Origin: an uncultured Rhodospirillaceae bacterium
Lineage (GTDB): Bacteria; Pseudomonadota; Alphaproteobacteria; SP197
Length of the DNA: 64,000 nucleotides
Reading direction: 5' to 3'
Assembly: GCA_937880925.1 (NCBI GenBank)
Contig: CALGGB010000065.1
Span: 6,004-70,003, forward strand
Numbering within the stretch: position 1 is the stretch's first letter; each line of letters begins with the position of its first letter. The translations under genes and the position numbers were made by a program. The notes beneath the pieces are model-generated. The model saw only the letters and a list, made by a program, of their open reading frames with translations, was not told the DNA's origin and ran no database searches. Below are positions 61,703-64,000 of this stretch, piece after piece.

Positions 61703-62314
61703 TTAGGGCTGGGGTGCCGCCGCGCAGCAGGAACCGGGGCTGACCACCACGTCGTTGACGTAGTCCTGCGCGATGCCGTGGACGACATCGAGGCCGAAGC
61801 GTGCGGGATCGTAGGCGTGGCGCAGCCATAGTCCATAGGCCAGTGCAATCAGGGTCTGGGCAATGCCCTCGCGGCGCGCCTCGATCACCAGGTCGGCGAG
61901 AATCGGGCGCAGCAGTTCCAGCAAGCGGTCGTCGAAGGCGTTCTGGATGCGGGCAAAGCCGGCATGTTCGGAGACCTGTGTGTAGAAGCTGAGCCAGGCG
62001 CTGATCGCCTCGGGCGAGCGCTGGCCCGGCGCGAAATGGCCCTCGAGGAAACCCATCAGCCGCTCCAGCGGCGTCGTGCCGGCCGCGATTCCGGCCTCGA
62101 CGTCGGAAAGCGTCTGGTCGACCAGCATCTGCATGGTCTCCTCGAAGAGTTCGCCCTTGCCGTCGAAGTAGTGATTCACCAGGCCCACGGAAAGGCCCGC
62201 ACGCTTGCAGATGCGCGCGACCGTGGCGTTCTGGAAGCCGTCGTGGTGAATCGCGCCGATCGTCGCCTCGATCAACTGGCGGCGACGCACCGGCTCCATG
62301 CCGACCTTGGGCAA
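61703..62314 (-). CDS. betI: BetI-family TetR regulator
   Basis: MPKVGMEPVRRRQLIEATI N-terminus, HYFDGKGEL, GLWLR; TTG start. Confidence 0.85.
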   Translation of the reverse strand: MPKVGMEPVRRRQLIEATIGAIHHDGFQNATVARICKRAGLSVGLVNHYFDGKGELFEETMQMLVDQTLSDVEAGIAAGTTPLERLMGFLEGHFAPGQRSPEAISAWLSFYTQVSEHAGFARIQNAFDDRLLELLRPILADLVIEARREGIAQTLIALAYGLWLRHAYDPARFGLDVVHGIAQDYVNDVVVSPGSCCAAAPQP

Positions 62315-62318
62315 CGGC

Positions 62319-64000
62319 TCAGTCCACGATGCCCAGATCGCGTTTCTTCTGGGCCGCCCAAGCCTGGATGATGCGGTCGGCGATCATCGCCATCAGCGCC
62401 ATCGAGCCGCCGGCGATGAAACCCTGGCCGAAGCGCGCGTTGGTCAGGCTGTCGTAGACCCACTGGCCCAGGCCCTTGGTGCCGACCAGCGCGGCGATGA
62501 CCAGCATGGCCAAGGCGAACATGATGACCTGGTTGAGACCCAGCATGATCTCCGGAATCGCCAGCGGCAGCTTCACCCGCCACAGCACCTGACGTTCCGT
62601 GCAGCCCATCATGCGCGCGGCCTCGACCGCGACCGGATCGACATTGCGCAGGCCGTATTCGGTGTAACGGATGGCCGGCACGATGGCGTACATCATGATC
62701 GCCAGCAGGGCCGAGAAATCGCCCACCAGGAAGACCATGATGACCGGGATCAGGAAGACGAAGAGCGGCATCGTCTGCATGGTGTCGTTGATCGGCCGCA
62801 GCACGGCGCTCGCCCGGTCGCTCTGGGCCGCCCAGATGCCCAGCGCGCCGCCGATGACGAAGCAGAACAGCACCGAGGTGGCGGTCAGGTAAAACGAGAG
62901 CATAGCGCGCGGCCAGGCGCCGGTCGAAAGCATGAAGGCCATGCCGAGGAAAGCAAACAGCGCCGTCTTCCAGCCGCCGACCTGATAGGCGATCAGCGTC
63001 ACCGCGGCGACGAAGGCCGGCCAGGGTGTGCCCGTCGAGCCAAAGAAGTAGAGCACGCCCAGCAAACCGACCACGACACCCGCGCGCCAGTTGAACAGGC
63101 GCACCATGCCCGCACCCAGGCCCAGAACGATCGCCCAGTAGATCGCCGCCGCGGTCTGGGTCATGGAGAAGCCCCAGGACTGGGGCCGGGCGATGTTGTC
63201 GAGACCGGCCTTCATGGGCAGCATGAAGTAGTAGAGCGTCCAGGTCTTGACCGCGTCCGTGGCAAAGAAGAATTCGCGCGTGAACCAGCTCACCGCATCG
63301 TTGAGCGGCTCGGCGGGGTAGAAGACGAGTGCCGCGGGATAGTCCTTGAAGAAGGGCATCAGGTGCGAGAGCACGATGCCGATGCCGGTCGCCGCCACCG
63401 CCGCCCACAGATAGGGATGGCGCTGCAGGAAGTTGCCGCCGGCGTGCAGCGGGATATCGCCGGTGCGTTCGGCAAAGCCGCGGCTGATACGGTCCATGAT
63501 CATGGCCATGACCACGATGACGATGCCGGCAAGCAGGCTCTGACCCGTCTGGGCCTTGCGCATGGTCGAGAGCACTTCCCAGCCGATATCGGCAAAGCCG
63601 CCGATGATGGCTGCAATGATGACCATGGAGAGAGCAGCCATGATGGTCTGGTTGACGCCGACCATGATGGTCGGGGTGGCCGCCGGGATGCGCACCTGGA
63701 AGAGGAGCTGGAAACGGTTGCAGCCCGACATCTCGCCGCTCTCGATGACGTCGTCGGAGACGCGGCGCAGGCCCAGCATGACGTTGCGCACCATGGGCGG
63801 GCTGGCATAGATCGCCGAGGCGACCATGCCGACCACCGGGCCGACGCCGAACAGGATCAGGATGGGCACCAGATAGGCAAAGGTCGGCACAGTCTGCATG
63901 ACATCGAGCGTGGGCTCGACGACACGGCGCGCCCAGCGGTACTGGAAGGCCATCAGCCCCATGACCAGGCCGATGGTCAGGGACAGCGGCACCGACATGC
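62319..64000 (-). CDS. ProW-type (betaine/choline) ABC permease with two permease domains (5' end outside the window)
   Basis: DVMQTVPTFAYLVP and DTMQTMPLFVFLIP; two EAA loops; GVNQTIM and GLNQVIM. Confidence 0.9.
   Translation of the reverse strand, partial: MSVPLSLTIGLVMGLMAFQYRWARRVVEPTLDVMQTVPTFAYLVPILILFGVGPVVGMVASAIYASPPMVRNVMLGLRRVSDDVIESGEMSGCNRFQLLFQVRIPAATPTIMVGVNQTIMAALSMVIIAAIIGGFADIGWEVLSTMRKAQTGQSLLAGIVIVVMAMIMDRISRGFAERTGDIPLHAGGNFLQRHPYLWAAVAATGIGIVLSHLMPFFKDYPAALVFYPAEPLNDAVSWFTREFFFATDAVKTWTLYYFMLPMKAGLDNIARPQSWGFSMTQTAAAIYWAIVLGLGAGMVRLFNWRAGVVVGLLGVLYFFGSTGTPWPAFVAAVTLIAYQVGGWKTALFAFLGMAFMLSTGAWPRAMLSFYLTATSVLFCFVIGGALGIWAAQSDRASAVLRPINDTMQTMPLFVFLIPVIMVFLVGDFSALLAIMMYAIVPAIRYTEYGLRNVDPVAVEAARMMGCTERQVLWRVKLPLAIPEIMLGLNQVIMFALAMLVIAALVGTKGLGQWVYDSLTNARFGQGFIAGGSMALMAMIADRIIQAWAAQKKRDLGIVD

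Overview
GC-rich alphaproteobacterial chromosome segment (Rhodospirillales-like gene content) with about 63 CDS and no tRNA, rRNA, CRISPR array, prophage or IS transposase that I can see. Recognisable blocks are a general-stress gene cluster behind EcfG-type promoters (3.4-5.7 kb), the aapJQMP amino-acid ABC operon, oppABC, uup, recX, a complete Rrf2-sufBCDSU-sufT-sufA operon, slt, ggt and betI with a ProW-type permease. The best candidates for something undescribed are (i) a translationally coupled operon of a double-DUF1538 membrane protein plus two divergent PII-like proteins, with a ~155-nt structured RNA upstream on the same strand; (ii) a histidine-ammonia-lyase-fold enzyme that lacks the MIO-forming Ala-Ser-Gly, next to a 2OG-Fe(II) dioxygenase; (iii) a motif-degenerate ABC ATPase ahead of a GT1 glycosyltransferase and a cupin; and (iv) an asmA-family gene split by one in-frame TAG. 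Family calls come from motif recognition by eye, not from database searches.
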